Shown: positions 51,347 to 63,469 of the stretch, one piece after another
Layout: every line of letters starts with the position of its first letter
Numbering within the stretch: the stretch's first letter is position 1
Assembly (NCBI RefSeq): GCF_006345805.1
Contig: NC_043014.1
Location: forward strand, 10,106,001 to 10,170,000
Direction: 5' to 3'
Origin: Octopus sinensis
Lineage: Eukaryota
Length of the DNA stretch: 64,000 nt
Position numbers and translations under genes: made by a program
Notes under the pieces: generated by a model
What the model saw: only the letters and a program-made list of their open reading frames with translations
Databases searched by the model: none
Told to the model about the DNA's origin: nothing

Positions 51347-53660
51347 CGAAGCCTCCACCATCTCTCCAACTTAAACTTTCATAAAGCAAACTGGAAGTTG
51401 ATTGAGAAAGAGATCCTCAAACAGGATTGGCCTAAATGTCTCTCCACACCGGACGTAAACACGAAACACAAACACTTCATGTCCATAATACAAGCCATAT
51501 GTGACAAATATGTCCCAGTGTGCAGGGCCAGTACACACAAAAACAAAAACAGGATCCCTAGAGAAAGGAAGATTCTTATGAGACGACGGACAAGGATTGC
51601 GAACCGCCTGAGCAAGCACACCAAAAGTGGTGAGAAGTCTCGGCTTGAGAGAATGCTAATGGAACCTGAGAAAAGTCTGCATCAGTTCCATGAAAAGGAG
51701 AGAGCAGATAAAGAAGCTTGGGTAATAGAAAATATAAAATCAAACCCTAAAGCTTTCTTTAAGTTTGCCAAAGAGACAGCCACAGTGCACCAGAGAATAG
51801 GACCTCTCTTCCAAAAAGATGGCTCTCTCACAGGAAATCCCACGAGGATAAGTGAAATACTGAACGAACAATTCCAAAGTGTGTTCACTACACCTCTAGG
51901 ACACAGGCAAGTAAACAACCCAGAAGAATTCTTTGCCACTTACCTGCGGCCAAAGAGGCAAACATTGAGTACATCAACATCGAAGATGATGATATCACAC
52001 TAGCCATCGATGAGATTGACACAAACTCAGCTGCTGGACCTGATGGATTCCCAGCGATCCTTCTCAAATAGTGCAAACGAGCCCTTGCAAAAAGCTACAG
52101 CTTCTTTTCAGAGCTTTCTTGCAAGTGGTAAGCTCCCAGTCAAATGAAAGAGGGGGTAATATGACCTATCCATAAGGGAGGTAGCAGAGCAGATGCTAAA
52201 AATTATAGGCCTATCTCTCTGACCTCACACATCAGCAAAGTCATGGAACGAATAGTCCGTAAGAAACTAATCATGTTCATTGAAGAAAATGACTTGCTGT
52301 CTGACACCCAGCATGGATTTCGACCAGGTAGAAGCTGCCTAACACAGCTCCTGCAACACTATGACTGGGTGTTGAAACAGCTACTAAATGGCTCAAATGT
52401 GGATATAATATATCTCGACTTTGCAAAAGCCTTTGATAAGGTCGAACATGGTATGATCTGTCACAAACTGCGTGGTCTCGGCATAGGCGGAAAACTTGGA
52501 GAGTGGCTGCACAACTTCCTAAAAGACAGAAAACAGGCAGTTGTGAGCAATGGAGCCACCTCCAAGGAAACCCAAATAGCAAGCGGTGTCCCACAGGGCA
52601 CTGTCTTGGGGCCACTGATGTTCATAGTGGCCCTTTCAGACATGCCTTCAGTTGCTACGATGACCACCCTTGCTAGCTATGCAGATGACACAAAAGTCTC
52701 CCATGCAATACAAAACCGTGAAAATATAGCGCATCTGCAACAGGAGTTGGACACAATATACAGGTGGGCTGAGGACAACAACATGCAGTTTAATGCAGGT
52801 AAGTTCCAGGCCCTGCGCTACTGGCACACAAAGGTAAACGACGTGCAGACTGGATTCACTGGCCCAGGAAGAATTGCAATCCCTGAGTCAAAATCAGTGC
52901 GTGACCTGGGCATTGACATGAGCAATGATGCATCTTTCCAAGTGCATATTGCTAATCTGGTGATAAAATGCAGACGGCTAGCTGGATGGATTCTCCGAAG
53001 TTTCAGAACAAGAGAGAAGGAGAAACTGATGGTCCTATCGAAAACATTCGTCCTCAGCCGCTTGGACTACTGCTCCCAACTTTAGTCACCACACAATATA
53101 AAACTAACAGCAGAACTCGAAGCAATTCAGAGAAGCTACACAAAGAAAATCGTCTCAATGCAAAATATCAGCTACTGGGAAAGACTGAAGGTATTAAACC
53201 TCTTCTCCCTAGAGCGAAGGCGGGAGAGATATGCGGTGATATACATCTGGAAAATCCTGGAGGGTCTTGTCCCAAACTTTGGCATTCAAAGTTACCCCAA
53301 CCGCAGAACGGGGCGCCACTGCATGGTGACAAGGAGTCCAACATCACCATCAAAATACAGGTCCAGATACTGCAATAGCTTGGATTTCAGAGGACCACAG
53401 TTCTTTAACATCCTCCCTAAATGCCTGAGAGACTTACATGGTGTGGATGTGGGTTTCTTTAAAACTAAACTGGATCTCTTCTTGTCGGGAGTCCCAGATG
53501 AACCTACCTCACGACAGGAGACACAGATGCGGGCAGCAGCATCGAACTCCCTTATTGATCAAGTGCCACGTATCAGAGGTGGATTCACAAATTAGTGTAG
53601 CTCATTCAACAGTGGTGCCCCAGCATAGCCGCGGTCTTCGGGCAAAAACATTTTAAAGGA
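51347..53660 (+). pseudogene. 5'-truncated, decayed CR1-type LINE (reverse transcriptase ORF2 plus 3' UTR)
   Basis: Motifs NYRPISLTS, QHGFRPGRSC, YLDFAKAFDKV, SGVPQGTVLGP, YADDTK, LERRRERY..WKIL; several in-frame stops and frameshifts (e.g. TAG at 53083). Confidence 0.92.
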
Positions 53661-53708
53661 TTTTATATATATATATAATATATATATATACATATATATA
53701 TATATATG

Positions 53709-53757
<49 letters not shown>

Positions 53758-53903
53758 TGTAAATAATAATAATGGTATTTTTATATGAAACTTTTGGCGA
53801 TCACCGTGCAATCACTAAGGAAAATAGTTTAATAAAGGGGCATATAAGCCCTCGACCGAAAAAAGAAGGCTTTCCTATCCGCGTGAATGTTGAACCCACA
53901 TCC

Positions 53904-53944
<41 letters not shown>

Positions 53945-53947
<3 letters not shown>

Positions 53948-54273
53948 CCCCTTTCGGTCATGAATGACCATGGGATTGCACCTAGAAAGTTACCCTCCTA
54001 GACACAAGTCCGGGCAAGGTTGTTTATGGAAGACCAGCAGTCGCCCATGCATACCAGCCTCCCCTCTCCACGCCACCAGTGTTATCCTAGGGAAAGACAA
54101 AGGTCGATACAGCTTGGCACCAGTGACGTCGCAACTCATTTCTACAGCTGAGTGAACTGGAGCAACGTGAAAAATAAAGTGCTTTGCTCAAGAACACAAC
54201 ACGCAGCCCGGACCGGGATTCGAGCTCACAACCTCATGATCGTAAGCTCGACGCTCTAACCACTGAGCCATGT
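53945..54273 (-). mobile_element. SINE head B with tail iv
   Basis: Reverse-complement head catggctcagtggttagagcgtcgagcttacgatcatgaggttg, core ttgagcaaagcac..cacgttgctccagttcactcagctg, and a different tail ending gaccgaaaggggtct. Confidence 0.75.
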
Positions 54274-54297
54274 GATATATATATATATATATATACA

Positions 54298-55087
54298 TCT
54301 CTCTCAATATAAATGGCAGTGTGTCTGTCTGTGTGTCTGTGTGTCTGTCAGGTTGTACCCTGACTCTGACCACGGCTTTCAACCGATTCTGATGAAACTT
54401 GACACACACATAGACCAATGTCATAATTCAAAACTAACGCAGCGAAAATTTTGAAAAGTTCCCCCAGTTCTGAAAAAGATCGATAAATTCGACATGTAGT
54501 CGAGAATCTTAAGCTTTTTATATGCAACACATTTTCTGTTGTAGTTTTCGCAACTTGCAATCGATTTTCACCAAACTCATGGTGAAGCTTAATGTTACAC
54601 TAAGAAACTTAATTCTGACGTTAGTTTTCTATGCAATACCTTACCATCAGAAAAAATCGATAAAATCATGCCATTTTGGGAAATCGCGTTCAAATTCAAG
54701 ATGACATATTTTCGACAATATCTTTCACAAATTGGCAGGAATTTTTTTTTTAATTCACAGCGAGCATCATGTCTGGTCCAAGGAGCTATATGGCCCTTTT
54801 TAATTCCAATATGATACTTTATTACTGGAAAAAATCGGTTAATTAAATCATATGTGGGACACATAGCAAACCGATTTGTGTATTAAACACAAACCACAGA
54901 CTGTCTAGGGGATGCCATTGGTTGGGTTGAATTATCGATAGCTGTTTGATAGTTATTTGGGAGTGAAGAGAAGACATTGCAACCTACACATGCGCCTTCG
55001 TTCCCTAGAGGGAAAGGACTAGACTGGATTAGTCGTTGCCTACTAGGGGCTCTTACATACCCGGGCAACGCTGGGCTATGCTGCTAG
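54298..55087 (+). mobile_element. Non-autonomous Helitron (long variant)
   Basis: A|TC 5' end shared over ~200 bp with 41122-41495; 3' cccgggcaacgctggg..CTAG|T. Confidence 0.85.
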
Positions 55088-55399
55088 TGTATGTATATTT
55101 TGTATATGCATAATATGTGCATATGTCTAAAAGATGCGATCAAGCATGGAGCATTTCCTTATGTGTTTACGGATGGTTGAATTTTGTGTGTGTGTGTGTA
55201 TATATATATGTGGGGGTGTGCGTATGTGTGTATATATAGCGGGGGGAGCATGTGCAGGCTCTCATATTACATGCAGCTTACGTCAGTTGTACATGTATAC
55301 AAAGTTGTATTAAACACACACATATATGTATGCATGGAAAAATGTGTGTGTGAGTTAATATATAATGTATGTGTGTGTATGTGTATATATATATATAAT

Positions 55400-55443
<44 letters not shown>

Positions 55444-55548
55444 ATATATATTTCTTCTAATATTTATACGCATCTTTGAATATATGAATATATATCTATA
55501 TACACACAAACATATATATATCTCCATATCTCTCTCTCATATATATAT

Positions 55549-55592
<44 letters not shown>

Positions 55593-55616
55593 GTGTGTAT
55601 ATATATATATATATAT

Positions 55617-55824
55617 CAAAATGTGACCTTGGGTGTACCGTTGGCGATTGTTTCCCCCTGTCCTCCCTTCTCTGGATCTTTCCTTCTCCTATGTTTCCGA
55701 CGAAGATCTCCGCTCGAAACGTTAAACCCTCCTTCTTTCCTTCTTTCCTAAGCGTCCAATAATACTATATTTGCTCCACGTTCTTGCGTTGTTGTATTTT
55801 TTTGTGCTTTCTTGTTGGATTAAC
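55617..55824 (+). mobile_element. Second copy of the CCGACGA pseudo-LTR family
   Basis: Aligns with 13958-14143; motif at 55693-55727 carries a stem II substitution. Confidence 0.6.
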
Positions 55825-55840
55825 TATATATATATATATA

Positions 55841-56070
55841 TAAGCATAAAGGGTTTAGCAACGAATTGCCTTACCACATACCGAATTTAGAATAGCAGTC
55901 AAAGAGTTATAGCTATTTCTTCTACTAAAAAGGGAGATCTCAGTAAAAACAGCAATTGCTGTTTTTTATACATATCTCCCTTTAGTAGAGAATATCTATA
56001 AACTCTTTGACTGCTATTTCTAAATTCGGTATGTGGTAAGGCAATTCGTTGCTAAACCCTTTATTGCTTA
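55841..56070. repeat. ~230-bp near-perfect palindrome (foldback)
   Basis: taagcataaagggtttagcaacgaattgcc... is mirrored at 56070; centre aaaaacagcaattgctgttttt; arm homologue at ~56330-56375. Confidence 0.92.
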
Positions 56071-56457
56071 GTATTACTTAAATTTTCCTCGAATGAGGCT
56101 TTTACATGCCGAAGACTACTTGGTGTAATTGATAATTATTCCAAATTAATTAATTTCACCCTTCATTATTACTATATATATATATATATATATATATCAT
56201 TACAGATATAGGGTGAAATATAATTACTTTAATAAAATCAATAAATTTCACCCAGTAGTATTTCGGTATGGAAAAAGACCATATTCGGTGAAAAACTTAT
56301 ATAATTATAATAATAAGGATTTTTTGCAACAAGTTGCTTGACCACATACCGAAAATTTTAGAAATAGCAGCCAAAGGGCTACTATATATTAGTGAGTTTG
56401 CCTTTTTATTGTCTTCAAAAGTTTGTGTTTGGATAATATTTTTTATGTAAAGTTGTG

Positions 56458-59243
56458 GTGCAACAACTAATAAATACAAAATACATACGGTTGTGCAAAT
56501 TCTTTGCACGGGAAACCTGCTTTGTGTGGCGTGTTTCCCCATTTTGTAAATTCGTCTTCGGCTTTTTTTTCTAAAGTCGTTCTTCGAGAAGAACGGTGGT
56601 CTCTTTAACAACGCTTACGAAGTTGATTTCCCTCCCCTCCCCTTCCCCACTGATTCACAAGGAAGGGAAAGAAGGGGAGGAGCAACACAGGTGCAGGTGC
56701 GAGCATGGACGCCTACACACGAAGAATTCGAAGAACCCAGACGACAACTTCACAGTCAACGACTACTACGGACAACTCTGCCACGACCACCACGACCATC
56801 ACCACCATCACCACCACCACCACCACCACCATCACCACCACCATCACCACCACCATCACCACCACCATCGCCGCCACCACCATCACCACCACCATCACCA
56901 CCACCATCGCCGCAGCCATCGCCGCCACCACCACCACCATCAGGACCACCATCACCACCACCATCGCCACCGCCATCACCACCACAATCACCACAATCAC
57001 CACCACCACTGCCAACTCCACCACCACCACCACACCACCACCACCACCATCACCACCACCATCACCACCACCACCACCACCACCACCACCACCACCAACA
57101 CCACCAATTTTCCGTGTGTCGGCGTCCAGGCTCACACATGCACCTGTGAAGCGTTGTCAAGGAGACCACCGTTCTTCTCAAAAACATTTTTAACTTCGTA
57201 TACTTGTAGAATCTGTCAAAATAAAACATTTTTTTCTCTTGGCTTTATTCAGAAAATTCTAGAGTTTGTAAGATATTTGCTGTTTTTTCTTCTGCAATTT
57301 CAACTAATCAATGACGTCTATTGTGCAACAACTAATAAATACATTCTTTGCACGGGAAACCTGCCTTTGTGTGGCGTGTTTCCCCATTTTGTAAATTCGT
57401 CTTCGGCTTTCCTAGCCATTTTCTGCTTTGAGCATGGCGACTTCAAAGCCATGAAGTCGTTCTTCGAGAAGAACGGTGGTCTCCTTGACAACGCTTACGA
57501 CATTGATTTCCCTACCCTCCCCTTCCCCACTGCTTCACGAGGGAGGGAAAGAAGGGGAGGATCGAGACAGGTGCACGTGCGAGCATGGACGCCGACACAC
57601 GAAGAATTGGAAGAACCAAGACGACAGCTTCACAGTCAACGACTACTACGGACAACTCTGCCACGACCACCACAACCACCACGACCACCACCATCACCAC
57701 CACCACCACCATCACCACCACCATCACCACCACCATCGCCGCCACCATCACCACCACCATTACCACCACCATCGCCGCCACCATCGGTGCCACCACCACC
57801 ACCGCACCACTACATTCACCACCACCATCGCCGCCGCCAACCACCACCACCATCACCACCACCATCGCCGCCACCACCATCACCACCACCATTACCACCA
57901 CCATCGCCACCACCATCGGTGCCACCACCACCACCATCACCACTACCATCACCACCACTATCGCTGCCGCCAACCACCACCATCACCACCACCATCGCCG
58001 CCACCATCACCACCACCATCACCACCACCATGGCCGCCACCATCGTTGCCACCATCGCCGCCACCACCACCATCACCACCACCATCCACCACCACCATCA
58101 CCACCACCACGCATCGCCGCGCCATCACCACCACCATCGCCGCCACCACCACCACCCCACCACCACCATCACCACCACCATCGCCGCCACATCACCACCA
58201 CTATCGCCGCCACACCATCACCACCACCATCACCACACCATCCCTCGCCCCCACCATCGCCGCCACCATCACCACCGCTATCGCCGCCACCACCATCACC
58301 ACCACCATCACCACCACCATCGCCCCAACTATCGCCGCCACCATCGCCGCCACCACCACCACTATCACCACCACCATCACCACCACCATCGCTGCCGCCA
58401 TCACCACCACCATCGCCGCCACCACCACTACCATCACCACCACCATCGCCGCTACAATCACCCCCACCATCACCGCCACCTCCACCACCACCACCATCGC
58501 CGCTACCACGACCACCACCATCACCACCACCAACTCCACCACCACCATCGCCAACTCCACCACCACCATCATCACCACCACCATCATCACCACCACTACC
58601 ACCGCCGCCACCACCACCACACCACCACCACCACCACCACCACCACAACCAACACCACCAATTTTCCGTGTGTCGGCGTCCAGGCTCACACATGCATCTG
58701 TGAAGCGTTGTCAAGGAGACCACCGTTCTTCTCAAAAAATTTTAAACTTCGTATACTTGTAGAATGTGTCAAAATAAAACATTTTTTTCTCTTGGCTTTA
58801 TTCAGAAAATTCTAGAGTTTATTAGATATTTGCTGTGTTTTCTTCTGCAATTTCAACTAATCAATGACGTCTATTGTGCAACAACTAATAAATACATTCG
58901 GTTGCGCAAATTCTTTGCACGGGAAACCTGCCTTTGTGTGGCGTGTTTCCCCATTTTGTAAATTCGTCTTCGGCTTTACTAGCCATTTCCTGCTTTGAGC
59001 ATGGCGACTTCAAAGCCATGAAGTCGTTCTTGGAGAAGAACGGTGGTCTCCTTGACAACGCTTACGACGTTGATTTCCCTACTTTCCCCTTCCCCACTGC
59101 TTCACGAGGGAGGAAAAGAAGGGGAGGAGCGAGACAGGTGCAGGTGCGAGCATGGACGCCGACACACGAAGAATTGGAAGAACCCAGACGACTGCTTCAC
59201 AGTCAACGAATACTACGGACAACTCTGCCACGACCACCACCAA
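56458..59243. repeat. Tandem array (865 bp, 1553 bp, partial) of a foldback unit with a (CAC/CAT)n core and a MITE-derived spacer
   Basis: Units start at 56458, 57323 and 58876; 31-bp IRs at 56586-56616/57149-57179, 57466-57496/58703-58733 and 59033-59063. Confidence 0.9.
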
Positions 59244-59244
59244 C

Positions 59245-59610
59245 TATGGCGAAAGAATATATCTGGTGGACGCATCTGAAAGGATTGGAGACAAACACTT
59301 TCCTCTCTGGTCAACCTCTCATCAACTCCTTCAAGTATCACTTGAAGAGTAAAGTGAGAGTAAAGAGGCAAGTTTTGTCTAGCGAATGTTTTAAAAAAAA
59401 GATGGGTGAATGTAGCAAGGATGGCACGTATGAATGACGAAGCCACCTTGAGCATGATCCTATGAACGAAAAAAAGAAAGGAAAAAGAGAGACATTTACT
59501 GTAATGTGCTTTTTGTATGACATTCTTGCCCAAGGTTACTGTGGTATTTCCGTAGGCTTTTCTTTTCACAGATAAATCTAATCTGTTTTCCCTTTTTACA
59601 TCGACATTTC
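59245..59610 (+). mobile_element. L1/Tx1-type LINE 3' fragment
   Basis: AKEYIWWTHLKGLETNTFLSGQPLINSFKYHLKSKVRVKRQVLSSECFKK(-1)RWVNVARMARMNDEATLSMIL* then an A/T-rich UTR. Confidence 0.55.
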
Positions 59611-59759
59611 TGTGAATTTGGTTGGGTTCCGTCTACCAAATCCACTCACAAGGCTTTGGTCGGCCCGAGGCTATAGTAGAAGATACTATACGCCGTGGTA
59701 CTGAACCCGGAACCTTATGGTTGGTAAGCAAGCTACTTACCACACAGCCACTCCTGCAC

Positions 59760-60151
59760 CTATATGTATATAAAGCTGAAGTTGTCAGTGTATGGCAGGT
59801 TTGGTAGCCTTCAACAAACACTATCTCTTCCGAGACCTTGCGGCACAAGTTGATCAAAATTGAGAGTATGATAGAAGACGGCTTGCTCTTCCTTCCGTAG
59901 TAGAAAAAATTCAAATCGGACCATGTTAACACCAAAAATTATTTACATCAAAAAGGTGCTTATTTTTCTATGAAAATCCCTATTTTTTACGATTTTTTGA
60001 CAGCTGTGTCGTCATTTTTCGGTGTATTTCAACCAGAAAAATGCTCACTTAAAGAGAATAACAAGCTACATAATGCAGAATTTTTACTTTTCAAAAATTC
60101 CAATTTTAAATGGTCGAAACAAACCCGAGCAACGCCGGGCGATACTGCTAG
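59760..60151 (+). mobile_element. Non-autonomous Helitron, second 5' subfamily
   Basis: 3' cccgagcaacgccgggcgatactgCTAG|T matches the other copies; 5' tatataaagctgaag is shared with 24270-24525. Confidence 0.8.
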
Positions 60152-60454
60152 TATATACATAAGTCTTTGAAAGAATAATTTCTGTAACAGCGTCCCAAAA
60201 ATTTAACAATATTATACAAAAAAAAGATACAGGACTGAATCAGGACTGAAAATTCAATACATATTTCTGATTACCGAAGAATTTCCTCTTCCCAGTATTC
60301 TTGTCATCGGAGGCAGCTAAGTAGTAAAATTGTTAGAACATCGGACAAAGTGCTAAGTAGCAATGATTCCGATTATTTACGTTCTGGGTTCAAATTTCGC
60401 CGAGGTCGAGGTTTGCCTTTCCTTTCTTCGATGTCGATATAATAAGTATCAGTT

Positions 60455-61759
60455 AAGGCGGCGAGCTGGCAGAAACGTTAGCACGCCGGGCGAAATGCGT
60501 AGTCGTATTTCGTCTGCCGTTACGTCCTGAGTTCAAATTCCTCCGAGGTCGACTTTGCCTTTCATCCTTTCGGGATCGATAAATTAAGTACCAGTTACGC
60601 ACTGGGGTCGATGTATCGACTTAATCCGTTTGTCTGTCCTTGTTTGTCTCCTCTGTGTTTAGCCTCTTGTGGGTAGTAAAGAAATAGGTATTTCGTCTGT
60701 CTTTACGTTCTGTGTTCAAATTCCGCCGAGGTCGACTTTGCCTTTCTTCCTTTCGGGATCGATAAATTAAGTACCAGTTACGCACTGGGGTCGATGTATC
60801 GACTTAATCCGTTTGTCTGTCCTTGTTTGTCTCCTCTGTGTTTAGCCTCTTGTGGGTAGTAAAGAAATAGGTATTTCGTCTGTCTTTACGTTCTGTGTTC
60901 AAATTCCGCCGAGGTCGACTTTGCCTTTCTTCCTTTCGGGGTGGATTAAATAAGTACCAGTTACGTACTGGGGTAGATATAATCAACTTAATCCGTTTGT
61001 CTGTCCTTGTTTGTCTCCTCTGTGTTTAGCCTCTTGTAGGTAGTAAAGAAATAGGTATTTCGTCTGTCTTTACGTTCTGTGTTCAAATTCCGCCGAGGTC
61101 GACTTTGCCTTTCATCCTTTCGGGATCGATAAATTAAGTACCAGTTAAGCACTGGGGTCGATGTAATCGACTTAATCCGTTTGTCTGTCCTTGTTTGTCC
61201 TCTCTGTGTTTAGCCCCTTGAGGGTAGTAAAGAAATAGGTATTTCGTCTGTCTTTACGTTCTGTGTTCAAACTCCGCCGAGGTCGACTTTGCCTTTCATC
61301 ATTTCGGTGTCGATTAAATAAGTACCAGTTACGCACTGGGGTCGATATAATCGACTCAGCCCCTTTTGTCTTTCGTTATATGTCGCCTCTGTGTGTAGCC
61401 CCTTGAGGGTAGTAAAGAAATGTGAGGGCGTGTGGCTTAGTGGTTAGGGCATTCGGCTCATGATCGTAAGGTTGTGAATTCGATTCCCGGCGACGCGTTG
61501 TGTCCTTGAGCAAGACACTTTATTTCATGTTGCTCCAGTCCACTCAGCTGGCAAAAATGAGTTGTACTTGTATTTCAAAGGGTCAGCCTTGTCACTCTCT
61601 GTGTCACGCTGATTATCCCCGAGAACTACGTTAAGGGTACACGTGTCTGTGGAATGCTCAGCCATTTGCACGTTAATTTCACGAGCAAGCTGTTCCGTTG
61701 ATCGTATCAGCTGGGACCCTCGTCGTCGTAACCGGCGGAGTCTTTAAAGTAAAGAAATA
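60455..61759 (+). mobile_element. SINE group C pentamer inside a 19-bp TSD, with SINE B/tail ii (61422-61747) inserted in its tail
   Basis: Units at 60505, 60688, 60871, 61055 and 61239; outer TSD gatataataa(g/a)tatcagtt at 60436-60454 and 61760-61778; inner TSD agtaaagaaat at 61411-61421 and 61748-61758. Confidence 0.92.
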
Positions 61760-62414
61760 GATATAATAAATATCAGTTGAATACTGAGATCGGTCTATTT
61801 CTTTACCGAAAATCCCCTAAAGTTGCTGGTTTTGTGCAAAAAATTTAAAATCAATAATTTTCTAATAGATTTCTAGAAATATCCTCAGTGGATATGGAAC
61901 GTTAATTAAACCAAGACGTGAACGAAGTGATAACTCTGACCTGAGGCGATAATACTGTAGGGAAACGTCTGTTTTACTATCATTGATATATATTTTGCTA
62001 ATTAGAAGTTTTCGCCTGTTTTTATTTCTCTGGACAAAATATAAAATAAACACGATTCAAATTCATATCTTAAATTATAATCTTTTGGAAAATATTGAAT
62101 ACGTAATGATTTCTCACTTTAATAGAAAATTCAAATTATCAAATTGAAATCAACATTTTTTGCTGACATTCATTTTAAAATATTATATTGCTGGATATGA
62201 TTTCCCTCGAGGCAGTTGATTTTATAGGTGGATGACTTATTTTATTTTCAATTCCCTATCATCAAAGTTGAAGCGAAATCTGTTGTCAACGACGTAAGTG
62301 AAGGCTTCATAGGTGTTTCATTGGACTTCTTCAATGTCGTTAGATTGTAGTTACTTAACGTTTACTAAGATCGAATAAAGAGGACTTCTGATTAATGTCA
62401 TTCCTAATAAGGGA

Positions 62415-62828
62415 TACTCTTTTACTCTTTTACTTGTTTCAGTCATTTGACTGCGGCCATGCTGGAGCACCGCCTTTAGTCGAGCAAATCGACCCCGGGA
62501 CTTATTCTTTGTAAGCCCAGTACTTATTCTATCGGTCTCTTTTGCCGAACCGCTAAGTGACGGGGACGTAAACACACTAGCATCGGTTGTCAAGCAATGC
62601 TAGGGGGACAAACACAGACACACAAACACACAGACACATACATATATATATATATACATATATACGACAGGCTTCTTTCAGTTTCCGTCTACCAAATCCA
62701 CTCACAAGGCATTGGTCGGCCCGGGGCTATAGCAGAAGACACTTGCCCAAGATGCCACGCAGTGGGACTGAACCCGAAACCATGTGGTTGGTTAGCAAGC
62801 TACTTACCACACAGCCACTCCTGCGCCT
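62415..62828 (-). mobile_element. SINE group D
   Basis: Full-length reverse-complement copy with (tactcttt)n end. Confidence 0.9.
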
Positions 62829-62852
62829 ATATGCTATTCATATTTATTTCTG

Positions 62853-63290
62853 GGATCTTTATCTTTTGACCGACAGATTTAAAAACTAATGTTTTGTAAC
62901 TAAACATTTTCGAACTTCGGACACTGGTAGAATGTGTCATATAAAACATCTTTTACTCTTAGCGTTTTTCAGAAAAACTTATATTTACGAAGTTATTTCA
63001 CTTTAATGTTGTCGTATTTCGGTAATTTCAACCAATCAATGACGTGTATTCAGCTGAATAAAATTACTGCCGTTGTTTGTCAACAACAGCTATCGGCGGT
63101 GTATTTTTCGTTTGTCACTGTTATTTATGACATCGTTCGTGCGTTTGTACTGGTTTTAAGATCTTAGGGTTATGGGTAAGAGCTTTAGAGTAGGGGTTGT
63201 CATAAATAATGGTGACAGGCGAAATATACACCACGCGAAGTTCTTGTTGATAAACAATAGTAGTAATTTTATTCAGCCGAATACTAATGC
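62853..63290 (+). mobile_element. Foldback MITE related to the Merlin-like family, with long imperfect internal IRs around a TTAGGG-like core
   Basis: Degenerate TIR ggatctttatcttttgaccgacag; ctgaataaaattactgc..ttgtcaacaa is mirrored by ttgttgataaacaatagtagtaatttttattcag. Confidence 0.65.
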
Positions 63291-63319
63291 ACGTTCCCAC
63301 GTTTTTATTGATCGCAATC

Positions 63320-63469
63320 TGGGATCGATTTTTGTAATTTTTTCAAGACTTATACACGCCCTGATGACGTCTGTATCTACATATAACATTTGAGCGCAAT
63401 CGGATGGAGGATACCCGAGATTCTAGAAGACACACACACAGACAGACAGAACGGATTTTATATAATAGA
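63320..63469 (-). mobile_element. Helitron 5'-end fragment, third subfamily
   Basis: Reverse complement begins a|tctattatataaaatccgttctgtctgtctgtgtgtg. Confidence 0.55.

Noticed and set aside
51347-53595. Active LINE
   Set aside because: It is 5'-truncated, lacks the endonuclease domain and has multiple stops and frameshifts.
56245-56295. Hammerhead-like arrangement tttcacc...gaaa...ggtgaaa on the minus strand
   Set aside because: The core has two non-compensatory deviations and stem II is out of register.
56596-58815. 739-aa His/Pro/Thr-rich ORF and overlapping ORFs as a real mucin- or extensin-like gene
   Set aside because: All frames are open because of (CAC)n triplets, the frame is broken at the second unit junction, and part of it reads through MITE sequence.
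60505-61421. CRISPR-like or satellite array
   Set aside because: The units are full near-identical SINE bodies with no spacers, in a eukaryotic context.
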